From Octopus sinensis (taxonomy: Eukaryota), in the NCBI RefSeq assembly GCF_006345805.1, contig NC_043000.1, forward strand, positions 10,354,001-10,418,000: DNA of 64,000 bases, in the 5' to 3' direction. The position numbers were made by a program, and so were the translations under genes. Under the pieces are notes generated by a model. That model was not told the origin of the DNA, did no database searches, and saw nothing but the letters and a program-made list of their open reading frames with translations. Each line of letters begins with the position of its first letter. Position 1 is the stretch's first letter. Shown piece by piece: positions 12,736 to 25,100 of the stretch.

Positions 12736-13133
12736 TTTACTTGTTTCAGTCATTTGACCGTGGCCATGCTGGAGCACCGCCTTTAGTCGAGTAAATCGAC
12801 CCCAGGACTTATTCTTTGTAAGACTAGTTAGTACTTATTCTATCGGTCTCTTTGGCCGAACCGCTAAGTTACGGGGATGTAAACACACCAGCATCGGTTG
12901 TTAAACGATGTGGGGGGACAGACACACAAACGTATACACACATACATATATATATATATATACACACACACATATATACGACGGGCTTCTTTCAGTTTCC
13001 ATCTACCAAATCCACTCACAAATCTTTGGTCGGCCCGAGGCTATAGTAGAAAACACTTGCCGAAGGTGCCACGCAGTGGGACTGAACCCGGAACCATGTG
13101 GTTGGTAAGCAAGCTACTTACCACACAGCCACT
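12736..13133 (-). mobile_element. SINE family A
   Basis: Homology to 3505-3925. Confidence 0.9.
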
Positions 13134-13477
13134 CGTTGAACTTTTTAAATCCTTGACTCTTACGTTTAGTGTCTCTTGGTTAACTTTTGCAGCGGATGCG
13201 AAGCTGCAACTGTAGCTTTTATTGTTCTTGTGTTTTTCCAGGTTTTCCATGTATTTCATTAGTGTTGATAATTGTGGTGGTGTTGGTATTTATTCTTTAA
13301 TTTCAGTGCTTTCGTTTTGTTCACAAAAGTGGGAGAGAAAACATTTCTTCGTCCACCTCGACTTGGAGTGGCGGTTGTCCTCTCAAAAGCTGGAGGCCAT
13401 GATTGAAAATAAACAAATGAGTGTTGAAAAAATACACAAATTAAGATTGAAAATTCGCTCGCAAAGGGGTAAACTTG

Positions 13478-13891
13478 GGATCTTTTCGGTTTGAACGGCA
13501 GTTTCTAACATAATTTCTAGGTAACTAAAAAATTTTAAACTTTGTATACTGGTAGAATGTGTTTATAAAACATATTTTTCTCTTGGCTTTATTGAGAAAA
13601 TTCTATAGTTTGTAAGATATTTGTTGGGTTTTTTTCTTCAATTTCTGCAATTTCAACCAATCACTGACGTCTATTGAGGTAAAAAAAACATTCTGTGCCG
13701 TATGAATATGTTCCTCGTTTAAGAAACAGATTGGGTTTATTTACATTTCTGAAGAAAAAAAGATACCCTTCTCCCCACCCCTAACCCTAAAAGAGATTGA
13801 AATGCAATAGATCGATTCCAGGGTCATAATTATGGGTGACAATTTCATATGACACCGCTAGAAAAAACTGCCGTTCAAACCGAAAAGATCC
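13478..13891. mobile_element. Same GGATC-TIR MITE with inverted flanks
   Basis: The two flanks are reverse complements of each other over 48 bp. Confidence 0.9.
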
Positions 13892-14387
13892 CAAGTTTAC
13901 CCCTTTGCGAGCGAATTTTCAATCTTAATTTGTGTATTTTGTGTATTTGTATAGTAAAAAAAAACTACCCCCGCCAAACAGGTTCAATTAAAATGACGAC
14001 AAATGTCCAAAAACAAAATACCAAAACTTACGAGCTCAAAAAGAGACACATCCGTTCGGTAACTGCCGAAACCTCATATGTCATCTAAGGACAATTTGTT
14101 CCAGAAATTACTCGAATGCATTTCAAACTTTTTTTCAATGAACTGGTGAACAAGATATTTGTTTTTTGAAAAATATTTAATTTGTTATGTGCTATTTTGT
14201 TTTTAGATAAACCTTTGGTTAATCTTTTTAACATCCAGTCACAAAAATTTTTAAAAAAAGTGTAATATGTGTAAAACAGCGTAGTAAACGAATATGAAAA
14301 AAAATGCGCGCTGACGAACGAGGATGCGGGAGAGGACTCGGAAAATTGCCGATGTGAATTCGTCGGCGTAATTTTTTTTATATATAA

Positions 14388-14780
14388 CTAGCAGTATCGC
14401 CCGGCGTTGCTCGGGTTTGTAAGGGAAATAACTATATAAGCATTTTTAGAGAGTTATAGCCAAAAAAATGCATTAAAAATGGAAAAAAAATTATGGCAAT
14501 TTTTTTTTTTAATCGTTGACTCATCGTAGACATTTTTAGAGAGTTACTTCCCTTATATAATAACGAAAAAAATGCATTAAAATGGAAAAAAATTATGGTA
14601 ATTTTTTTTTTTAATCGTAGATTCATCGTAGACGCGCGCTAACACCCAGAAGGGCTCGATATGAATCACGACTATAAGATACCCGCTTTTGGTTAAACTG
14701 CACCGCAAAATGTGGGAGTAGTTAGGAATCTAAATCGTAGGAGACAGACACTCACACAACTTCATTTTTATATATAAAGA
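14388..14780 (-). mobile_element. Non-autonomous Helitron
   Basis: Minus strand A|TCTTTATATA...cccgagcaacgccggg hairpin...CTAG|T; near-identical copy at 26620-27016. Confidence 0.8.
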
Positions 14781-15552
14781 TTATTTTTAAACATTGTTTT
14801 ACACCTATTTCGTTTTTTTTGGGGTGGGGGTGTCATTTTTGTGACCAGATGTTAAAGTTAGGTTTTCGTCGGCGCAATTTTTTCATATTCGTTTACTACA
14901 CATTGTTTTACACATATTTACACTTTGGTGACCGGGTGTTAAATTAGAGATTTTACCAAATCTTGTAAGTTTGTACTATAAGGTTATTTTGAAAATTATT
15001 TCATTTGTAATGTACTGTTTATCACAATAAATACATATTGGATATTTAAAACAACCAAATGTATTCACTCCGTTTTTTTTTTTTTAGTCACTGAGATGGT
15101 CATGACATGTGCTAAAAATAACAGCTAAATTGATCTTAAACCACGCACCCCGAAATTTTTTGTCTTGGTCAAGAATTTTGTTTCTACTTACCAGCTAAAG
15201 CTGTGGTCGATAGCTGACGAGAATAACGGACCACAAGCCACTACTTGCGATTTTGGTTCCAGAAGAGAAAAGCATTTCGTCTATACAGTGACTCAGTTAC
15301 AACGCTGGATCGCAATACTTCTTAGCCACAATTTTACCTTAAAGTACACCTCAGTAGAGAAGACTGGACAAGTTGACACTGTTTCATGCTTAACACCACT
15401 CACATGAAATTTTCGCCACAGTTAGCGAGGCTTCTAAGCATTATTTCTATAACTGGCAATGGAGAACCCCAAGACATGAACAAGTCACCTAGAACTGAAA
15501 CAGTTTAATCAATTGTTGATGATTGTCTCCTGTTTTTTAATAGAATAGTACT

Positions 15553-15918
15553 CAGCTTGCTAACCTACCACATGGTTCCGGGTTCAGTCCCACTGCGTGG
15601 CATCTTGGGCAAGTGTCTTCTGCTATAGCCCCGGGCCGACCAATGCCTTGTGAGTGGATTTGGTAGACGGAAACTGAAAGAAGCCTGTCGTATATATGTA
15701 TATATATATGTGTGTGTGTATGTGTTTGTGTTTGTCCCCCTAGCATTGCTTGACAACCGATGCTGGTGTGTTTACGTCCCCGTCACTAGCGGTTCGGCAA
15801 AATAGATCGATAGAATAAGTACTGGGCTTACAAAGAATAAGTCCCAGGGTCGATTTGCTCGACTAAAAGGCGGTGCTCCAGCAGGGCCGCAGTCAAATGA
15901 CTGAAACAAGTAAAAGAG
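15553..15918 (+). mobile_element. SINE family A, 5'-truncated
   Basis: Homology to 3505-3925. Confidence 0.88.
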
Positions 15919-16809
15919 TTATTATCCTAAGTCCCTGAGGGGCTCAGCTCCACTCCCATTCCCTCTGCCTTGTCACACTTACTCCCATCAGATCCATCAC
16001 TTCCCTTTCCCCTGAGAGCTTCCATTTCCCACTATATCATCCTGCTTACTGGCCCCACAACTCACCTCCTATTTGCACCTTCCTCTCCCTGTGCTGTTCT
16101 CCATAATTAACCCTTCACTTTCCTGCTCTTACCCTCAATGCCCTCACATATCTACTGCAATCCTTCCCCCCCCCCAAGCCTCTCTTAGGTTTTTCAACAT
16201 CATTTGCTAGTCACCTTTTTACGTGTCACTGGCACAGGGAGCCAGTCAGGTGGCACTGGCAACACCTACACATGAATGGTGCTTATTGCATGCCACCAGC
16301 ACGAGGGCCAGTCAGGGGGCACTGGCATCGGCCACAACTACAATTTCCATTTGATTCATCATCATCATCGTTTAACGTCCGCTTTCCATGCTAGCATGGG
16401 TTGGATGATTTGACTGAGGACTGGTGAACCAGATGGCTGCACCAGGCTCTAATCTGATCTGGCAGAGTTTCTACAGCTGGATGCCCTTCCTAACGCCAAC
16501 CACTCCAAGAGTGTAGGGGGTGCTTTTACGTGTCACCAGCACGAGGGCCAGTCAGGCGGTACTGGCAACGGCCACGCTCAAATGGTCGAATTATCCTGTT
16601 TAATGTAATGTTTATTTATTCATATTGAATTAACCATGCATTATATCATAACTTTGAGATTTCAATGATCTAATTATTTATTTTTAGAATGTCAATGTAG
16701 GGTAGACATGAGAGGCTAGATAATCCAGTTTGAATGTAAAACTGGTAGAATATTTGGGCCAGACATAGCAGGTTTAAATACTAAATGGTTAAGACCTCCA
16801 TCATTTTAG

Positions 16810-17065
16810 TGCAGGTGGCACGTAAAATGCACCAATCCGACCGTGGCCAATGCCAGCCTCGCCTGGCACCAGTGCAGGTGGCACGTAAAAAGCACCCACT
16901 ACACTCACAGAGTGGTTGGCGTTAGGAAGGGCATCCAGCTGTAGAAACATTGCCAGATAAGACCAGAGCCTGGCGCAGCCTTCTGGCTTCCCAGATCCCG
17001 GTCGAACAGTCCAACCCATGCTAGCATGGAGAACGGACGTTAAACGATGATGATGATGATGATGT
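16810..17065 (+). mobile_element. RTE LINE 3'-end fragment ((ATG)n tail)
   Basis: Matches 22280-22450. Other copies: 16200-16590(-), 29965-30310(-), 36870-37080(+), 39645-40085(-), 42310-42495(+), 42990-43200(-), 43265-43470(-), 46500-46640(-), 49840-50310(-). Confidence 0.88.
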
Positions 17066-17344
17066 TCCATGCTGGTATGAGTTGAAAAGTCTCACAGGAA
17101 CCAATGGATGCACAGGCTGCATTTTGCTCCAGTTTACATGATTTCTACAGGTGTGTGTCCTTCCTAACTTTAACAGTGTGTACTGGCATTAGTGAGATCA
17201 ACAGACAGCTTGCAAAACTACATAAAACAATGAGAGAAAATAGGAGCAAGAGAAAACATGGTCAAAAGAGAAATGCCACTGACCATTTAGGTCCACTCAA
17301 TCAGGGCTATTGACAACACCAGTAACAAGTTATCTTTAGATGAT

Positions 17345-17350
17345 TTTATT
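17345..17350 (-). promoter_or_regulatory. Candidate TSR1 polyadenylation signal AATAAA
   Basis: tttatt on the plus strand, ~35 nt after the stop codon. Confidence 0.55.
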
Positions 17351-17383
17351 TTCTGATAATTATAATTTAATGCAACAAGATTT

Positions 17384-17550
17384 TCAGTTTTCCATATCTT
17401 CATTAATCTGTTCCATAACTGTTAGAGATGGGTTAAATACACGGGGACTGTATGTCCACTTAGGAAAAATTCTTTTGTACAGGTTCAAGAGGATTGTGTC
17501 CTGAGATTTCAGCTGGTTATCAAATATACATTTCATGTGACCATGTGTAC
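17384..17550 (-). CDS. TSR1: TSR1 exon 20 (terminal, TGA at 17384-17386)
   Basis: [35 protein letters not shown]...EDMEN*; 167 bp. Confidence 0.96.
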
Positions 17551-18091
17551 CTGGACAGAAATAAGATCAATATTGATCATTAATAAACAGAAAGAACATG
17601 TTGAAAATTAGTGATAGCGGCAGTAATTAATACAAAGAGGTAATATTTATCAACATTTATGTGGGGATAGAGAGAACAGACAGACATTAGATAGAATACT
17701 ATGGAGAAAGTAAGACAGATAAGTAAATAAGAAGCAGGACAAATGAGAGAAAGAGACAGACAATAAAAGTCAGTAGGACAGAGTAAATAGAACACTGTCA
17801 GATACAGTAAGGAGGAGAGAGACAGGTTCTTATATTCAGAGAAAAATATAATATAGGAAAGCAATTTCCGAAAACTCAAAGAACTCACCTAAAGCTTCTT
17901 TTATGTGACCTCTGCGACCCCATTTTGATTTCAGTTCAACAGGTTTAAACCAGTTAACATCCTCTGTAAAAAGAGAACATTTTAATAAGTGTCTGGATGG
18001 TTAGTAATAAAATATAATCCTGAAAAAAAAAGATTATTTAGATATATATCTCATCAATTTGCATGGGGCAGATGGAATTGAGGCATGTGTA

Positions 18092-18188
<97 letters not shown>

Positions 18189-19087
18189 TGTGTGTGAGAG
18201 GAGTGTGGCTTCATTCAATTTCTTATTTCTTTATTGCCCACAGGGGACTAGACAGAGAGGACAAACAAGGACAGACAAAGGGGTTAAGTCGATTACATCG
18301 ACCCCAGTGCACGACTGGTACTTAATTTATCGACCCCGAAAGGATGAAAGGCAAAGTAGACCTCGGCAGAATTTAAATCCAGAATGCAATAGCAGATAAA
18401 ATGCTGCTAACATTTCTGCCAGCTTGCTGCCTTGGGGCTTCATTCAATTTCTGTCTACCAAATACCCTCAGAAGGCTTTGGTCAGACCAGGGTTATTGTA
18501 GAAGACACTTGCTAAATGTACCATGCAGCGTGGTTGAACTCAATATTTTGAACCACACATTAAGAATAATAATGGACTGGAAACGCAAGTATTTGACACT
18601 GAGAGGCAGAAATAAAATTCTTGACAGGGAAGTCAAAAATGCTAGGAACATAGGTTTCATGTTTGCAGTGAATGTATTTGCCGAAAATTTTTTCGACCAA
18701 AGATATGTTGATTGATAATCTACCAAAATGGTTGGAGAGAGTGTACATAATGGTTTAATTCGGAGACAGGCCAACGTCTGTGACCCTTTTCAGGGTTTCT
18801 AAGACTTATAAGAAAGAAGTTAACCTCAAATTGGAAACTTTGTTCAAATGCTTACAACAATGTAAACTCCCGTGAAGGAACCCAAGTGCCATATGATGGT
18901 GTTAAACTAGACAATGAATTAGGTCTCCCAACCATAACCAAGAACACACCAATAGGCTTCCATTTAGTTTCCACTTACAAAGGTATTGATCTACACAAAG
19001 CTATGAGAGCAGACACTTGACCAAGCAACCTACTTAACCACACATCCATGCTTGCACTCAACAGACACACACACACACACACAGAAG

Positions 19088-19131
<44 letters not shown>

Positions 19132-19135
19132 GAAG

Positions 19136-19189
<54 letters not shown>

Positions 19190-22100
19190 AAAAAAAGGAG
19201 CACTTCATCAGTTACGACAACAAGGGTCCCAGCTGACACGATCAATGGAACAGCCTGCTCATGAAATTAACATGCAAGTGACTGAGCAATCCACAGACAT
19301 GTGTACCCCTAACGTAGTTCTCAGGGAGATTCAGCGTGACACAAAGTGTGACAAGGCCAGCCCTTTGAAATACAGGTACAACTTATTCTTGCCAGCTAAG
19401 TGGACTGAAGCAACGTGAAATAAAGTGTCTTGCTCAAGGGCACAACGCATCGCCGGGAATCGAACTCACGACCTTACAATCGTGAGCTGAATGCCCTAAC
19501 CACTAAGCCACGCATATACAAAGGCATAACAAAAGAAACTGAATCCAACAAGAGATGGAGGGAGACAAAAATATCAAGAAATCATCATAGAACACTTCTG
19601 AGAGTAAATGTTGCCCTAGTTCCACAAGTTTTATGATAAGGGACATTACTCTGTACGCGTTTGAAATGTAGGCATGCCTGTGAGGTTGAAGTTGGTTTCA
19701 CAAACACGTGGTTTTGGGTTCAGTCCCATTGCATGGCATATTGAACAATTCTTCTACTTTAGTCCTCGACTGACCAAAGCTTTATGAGAGAATATGGTGC
19801 TTTGGTCAGAAGTAAGAAAGGTAAAAAGCCAGCTTTAAAAATACTTTTTCAATAATTCGTATGCAAATAACAGAAATCTGCTGCAAAATCCATCCCATAT
19901 ATTTTAGGTTAGAAAAATTAGTGTAAAACAGTTAAAACATACACACAAACACTACCCACACTCACATACAAATACGCCACATCCACAGATAACCAGAAAA
20001 CGCCACACATTCTCGTACACAGAACACTAACACAATCAACACCAATACAACACACACACACACACACCTACACTGTCACACATCAATTATATAAAATCCG
20101 TTCTGTCTGTCTGTGTGTGTGTCTTCTAGGATCTCAGGCATCCTCCATCCGATTGTGCTCAAATTTGATAAGTAGATACTGACGGTATCAGGGCATGTAT
20201 AAGTCTTGAAAAAATTACAAAAATCGATTCCAGGTGAGAATGCAATCAATTAAGTGAATAAAATCGTTTTTCTTTGGAATAGAAAAAAGTCTATCTTTAT
20301 TTCTTCTTTTGCTGGTGTCTCAAATTTAGGTTAAATCAGTGTTTCTCAATGGGGAGGCCTATGGGACAGTCAGACAAGTTGTTTTGGGAAAATTTCCTTT
20401 TGCTCGTATTCCCATAAAATACATAACACACACACACACACACAACGTACTTGCACACTAACACAATGTTACATGCTGACACCCACTTTTGAGATAGTAG
20501 AGCTTAAAACCTTCAAAATTACATGCCAAAACAGACATGGATCCTGAAGAACCCTTCAGCTGATCAGCTTCTGTCAAACAGCCTAACCCATGCCAGCATG
20601 GAAAACGGACGTTTGATGATGATGACAAATTAACTGTATTTATTTTGAGATGCACCAAACGTAAGCTATGCACCAAATGTAAGCTATGGACACATAAGAG
20701 ATGTAGTAATGTCAAAGGAAGACTAACTAGGAAAATAGTTTTTATCTGTGGCAGATGCTCAGGAGCAATAAACTCTGAAAATATGCAGAGACCAACTTCT
20801 ATCACGTTTCAGGGAGAAAAACTAGAAGTAGTTGATAGCTTCCGCTACCTAGGTGACCAAGTCAGTAGTGGGGGCGGGTGTGCTGAAAGTGTAACTGCTA
20901 GAGTAAGAATAGCCTGGGCAAAGTTTAGAGAGCTCTTACCCCTGCTGGTGACAAAAGGCCTCTCGCTCAAAGTAAAAGGCAGACTGTATGATGCATGTGT
21001 ACGTACAGCCATGCTACATGGTAGTGAAACTTGGGCTGTGACCTCTGAGGATTTACGTAAGCTCGCAAGAAATGAAGCTAGTATGCTCCGTTGGATGTGT
21101 AATGTCAGTGTTCATAGTCGACAGAGTGTAAGTACCTTGAGAGAAAAGTTGGACCTAAGAAGCATCAGATGTTGTGTGCAAGAGAGACGATTGCGCTGGT
21201 ATGGTCATGTGGAGAGAATGGATGAAGATAGGTGTGTGAAAAAGTGCCACACCCTGGCAGTTGAGGGGACCTGTGGAAGAGGTAGACCCAGGAAAACCTG
21301 GGTCGAGGTGGTGAAGCACGACCTTCGAACTTTAGGTCTCACCAAGGAAATGACCAGAGACCGAGACCTATGGAAGTATGCTGTGCGCGAGAAGACCCGG
21401 CAAGACCAGTGAGAACAATCAAAATCAAACCAAATCAAATCATATATCAGAAAGCAGAACCAAAATTGAGGTCGATCAACATCAGTGGGAATTGCAGCTG
21501 TGGTTAAGTGAACCATCCGTTCGTGTCCGCTGCCAGCCTCGCCTGGCCCCCGTGTTGGTGACACATAAAAGCACCATTCGTTCGTGGCCGTTTGCCAGCT
21601 CTGGCTGGCCCCCGTGTCGGTGGTACGTAAAAGCACCATCCATTCGTGTCCGTTGCCAGCCTCGCCTGGCCCCATGCCGGTGACACATAAAAGCACCATC
21701 CGTTTGCCAACTCTGTCTGGCCCCCGTGTCGGTGGCACGTAAAAGCACCATCCGTTTGTGTCCGTTGCCAGCCTCGCCTGGCCCCCGTGCCGGTAACACA
21801 TAAAAGCACCATCCATTCGTGGCTGTTTGCCAGCTCTGTCTGGCCCCGTGTCGGTTGCACGTAAAAGCACCATCCGTTCGTGTCCGTTGCCAGCCTCGCC
21901 TGGCCCCCATGCCGGTGACACGTAAAAGCACCATCCGTTCGTGTCCGTTGCCAGCCTCGCCTGGCCCCCGTGCCGGTGACACGTAAAAGCACCATCCGTT
22001 TGTGGCCGTTTGCCAGCTCTGTCTGGCCCCGTGTCGGTGGCACATAAAAGCACCATCCGTTCGTGTCCGTTGCCAGCCTCGCCTGGCCCCCGTGCCGGTG

Positions 22101-25100
22101 ACACGTAAAAGCACCATCCGTTCGTGGCCGTTTGCCAACTCTGTCTGGCCCCCGTGTCGGTGGCACGTAAAAGCACCATCCGTTCGTGTCTGTTGCCAGC
22201 ATCGCCTGGCCCCGTGCCAGTGACACGTAAAAGCACCATCCGTTCGTGGCCGTTTGCCAGCTCTGTCTGGCACCTGTACGGGTGGCACGTAAAAAGCACC
22301 CACTACACTCACGGAGTGGTTGGCGTTAGGAAGGGCATCCAGCCGTAGAAACACTGCCATATCTGACGAAGCCTTCCAGCTTCACAAACCCCAGTTGAAC
22401 CGTCCAACCCATGCTAGCATGGAAAGCGGACGCTAAATGATGATGATGATGTTCTGTGTTTCTTTCAATTATTTTAGACATAAAGAATTTATCCAAATAA
22501 CTGAGTTATCATTCAGCTAATGTTAGTAACATAAATTGTTACTAAGGTTTAGTGGAAGATTTTAATTCAAAACTTATGAAAATAAGACATTTGTACTCAG
22601 ATCCAGAGCCGGTTTCAGCCAGGTTGGTAACGAAAGGATTAAAAACAACTTGAAACCTTACCTCTGTTAAAGAACATGTAGCGGACCACAGCTGCCTTTT
22701 TGTTTATCTTGAATGGATGCCCACTAAGTACTATACGTTTGGTAATAATTCGGTTAGGATCAGCTGACATTACTGTCCCTGTAGCTATCAGGTCATGATC
22801 ACCTAGAAAATAAAGAAGGGTTTTGCTTTACTTTGATATTCTACTTGTGATTGATTCGTCTACAGAATGTTCTGGATGGTGGGAACAACAAAGAAATAAA
22901 GTTTCTCCTGAAATTTTCAAAAATCAAAGGAGTTATCAAGCAAGGACACTCTGCAGATACCACAGAAATTCACCAAATGAAAATCTGATAGTCCTAGCTA
23001 AAAAAAATTTCAAGAGGCGACTAAAGCTATCAAGACAGTTTCCACATAAGATTACACAACTTCAGATAGAAAGAACAGCTTCACTGCTAACTAGACAGAA
23101 AAATAGACAAAACAGGATATAGTATGTATTAACATCTATATCTCACCAAGCATTACTAAAACTAATTGACATTGTGGCCTCTGACTTTTATCTTTTATTT
23201 GTTTCAATCGTTAGACTGTGGCCATGTTGAGACACCACTGTGAAGAATGGTAGTTGAACGAATCAACCCCAGTACTTACTTTTTAAAGTTTGGTACCTAT
23301 TCAATCAATCTCTGAAAAAATTAGACATGTGAAGTCCCCAGTAAATATCACAAAGCCAGACATAGCTTGTGTACAAACATTACACTGATTGTCATCATGT
23401 TGGTACAGCTGAGATTACATATCAACAACAGTTATGATGACAGAAGTAGCTGCTGTGGTATTTTGTCCGCCACTGCATTCTGAGTTTAAATTCCGCCGAG
23501 GTCGACTTTGCCTTTCATCCTTTCGGGGTTGATTAAATAAGTACCAGTTACGTACTGGGGTCGATATAATTGACTTAATCCGTTTGTCTGTCCTTGTTTG
23601 TCCCCTCTGTGTGTAGCCCCTTCTGGGCAGTAAAGAAATAAGAAATAGCTGCTTAGCTTTATTAATTTCTGTCTCTCTTACTTTAATAAGTTATAAATGA
23701 CTGATTCAACACATTTTGTTCATGCTAAACTAAAAGGTTTGATGTCTCTACCTATTATATTTACCTTAACTAGTTAATCACACCAAACCATAATCTACTA
23801 TTGCATTAATCAACTACTAACCATTGAGCTATTGACCATCAGCAATATATCTTCTGCTCCATAATTTTCCTCTCACATCAATCTGAAGTATTATTTCCTA
23901 ATTGCAGACACCCTCAAACACTGGTCCCTTACAACAGCACCAACAATAGAAGCAAACCATCAGGACCCATTGCAACAGAACCAAACCACCATTATTTTTC
24001 AGCCTTACTATAAGTTGTTTTGTTTGTGGCATTTGAATAGCAAATAAGCTCCCTTTAATAACTGTAGGGAGCTAAACAATACAGTAAATTTTGGTGGAAG
24101 AACATCTTCTACCGTCCCATCATGACAATATCCTATTAATCACTCAGCCCAATCCTTGAATACACAATATCAAACCTACTCAAGGTTTTGGTTGGCCCGG
24201 GGCCATAGTAGAAGACACTTGCCCAAAATGCCACACAGTGAGACTGAACTTACGACCACATGGATGTGGATGGGGAACAAGTTTCTTAACCATATAGCCA
24301 TGCCTGCACATATAAAAATGCACAATATAGTAGATTCTGGTAATTTCCTGAGGTACATGGTACAGTAAATATTGGCAATGTAATATTCTGAGGTACTTAC
24401 TGCAGTATATATGCTTTATAATTCTAGTGTACCCTGTAAACTAAATGTAGTTGATGTTCTGGAGTACACAGTGCAGTAAACAACATGCTATTGTTCAGAG
24501 GAGGAAATATGATCCAATTAAGAGCATATTTAGTAAAGCACTGCTAAGGGGCAGGACTCTGGGTGCTGCTAAATTAGTAGTTCTAGTTCTCAACTGGGGT
24601 CCATAAAAGGTTTTGCTGTTGTAATTTATGTGCAATAAATTGTTTACATTTCTATTAAGGTTAGGCGTAGGATTACCTGTGTGGTACATTCACCTCATTA
24701 ATGTCCGTGTCCAGCCCGCAAGCTACCTTACTCTACGTACTGCCTTTATGGCAAATTTGATGAAATAAAGTAGCTTGCTTACCAACCACATGGTTCCAGG
24801 TTCATTCCCACTGCGTGGCACCTTGGGCAAGTGCCTTCTACTAAAGCCTCGGGCCGACCAAAGCCTTGTGAGTGGATTTGGTAGACGGAAACTGAAAGAA
24901 GCCCGTCGTATATAATATATATATATATATATATGTGTGTGTGTTTATGTGTCTATACCCCAACATCGCTGGACAACCAATGCTGGTGTGTTTACGTCTC
25001 CGTAACTTAGCGGTTCAGCAAAAGAGACCAATAGAATAAGTACTAGGCTTCCAAAGAATAAGTCCTGGGGTTGATTTGCTCGACTAAAGGCAGTGCTCCA

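Noticed and set aside
18560-18720. [13 protein letters not shown], reminiscent of L1/Tx1 RT C-terminal motif
   Set aside because: Single short motif, nothing else recognisable; too weak to call.
21205-22360. 364, 292 and 240 aa ORFs, and a CRISPR-like appearance
   Set aside because: They derive from the GC-rich VNTR in the RTE 3' UTR. There are no unique spacers, no cas genes, and the context is eukaryotic.
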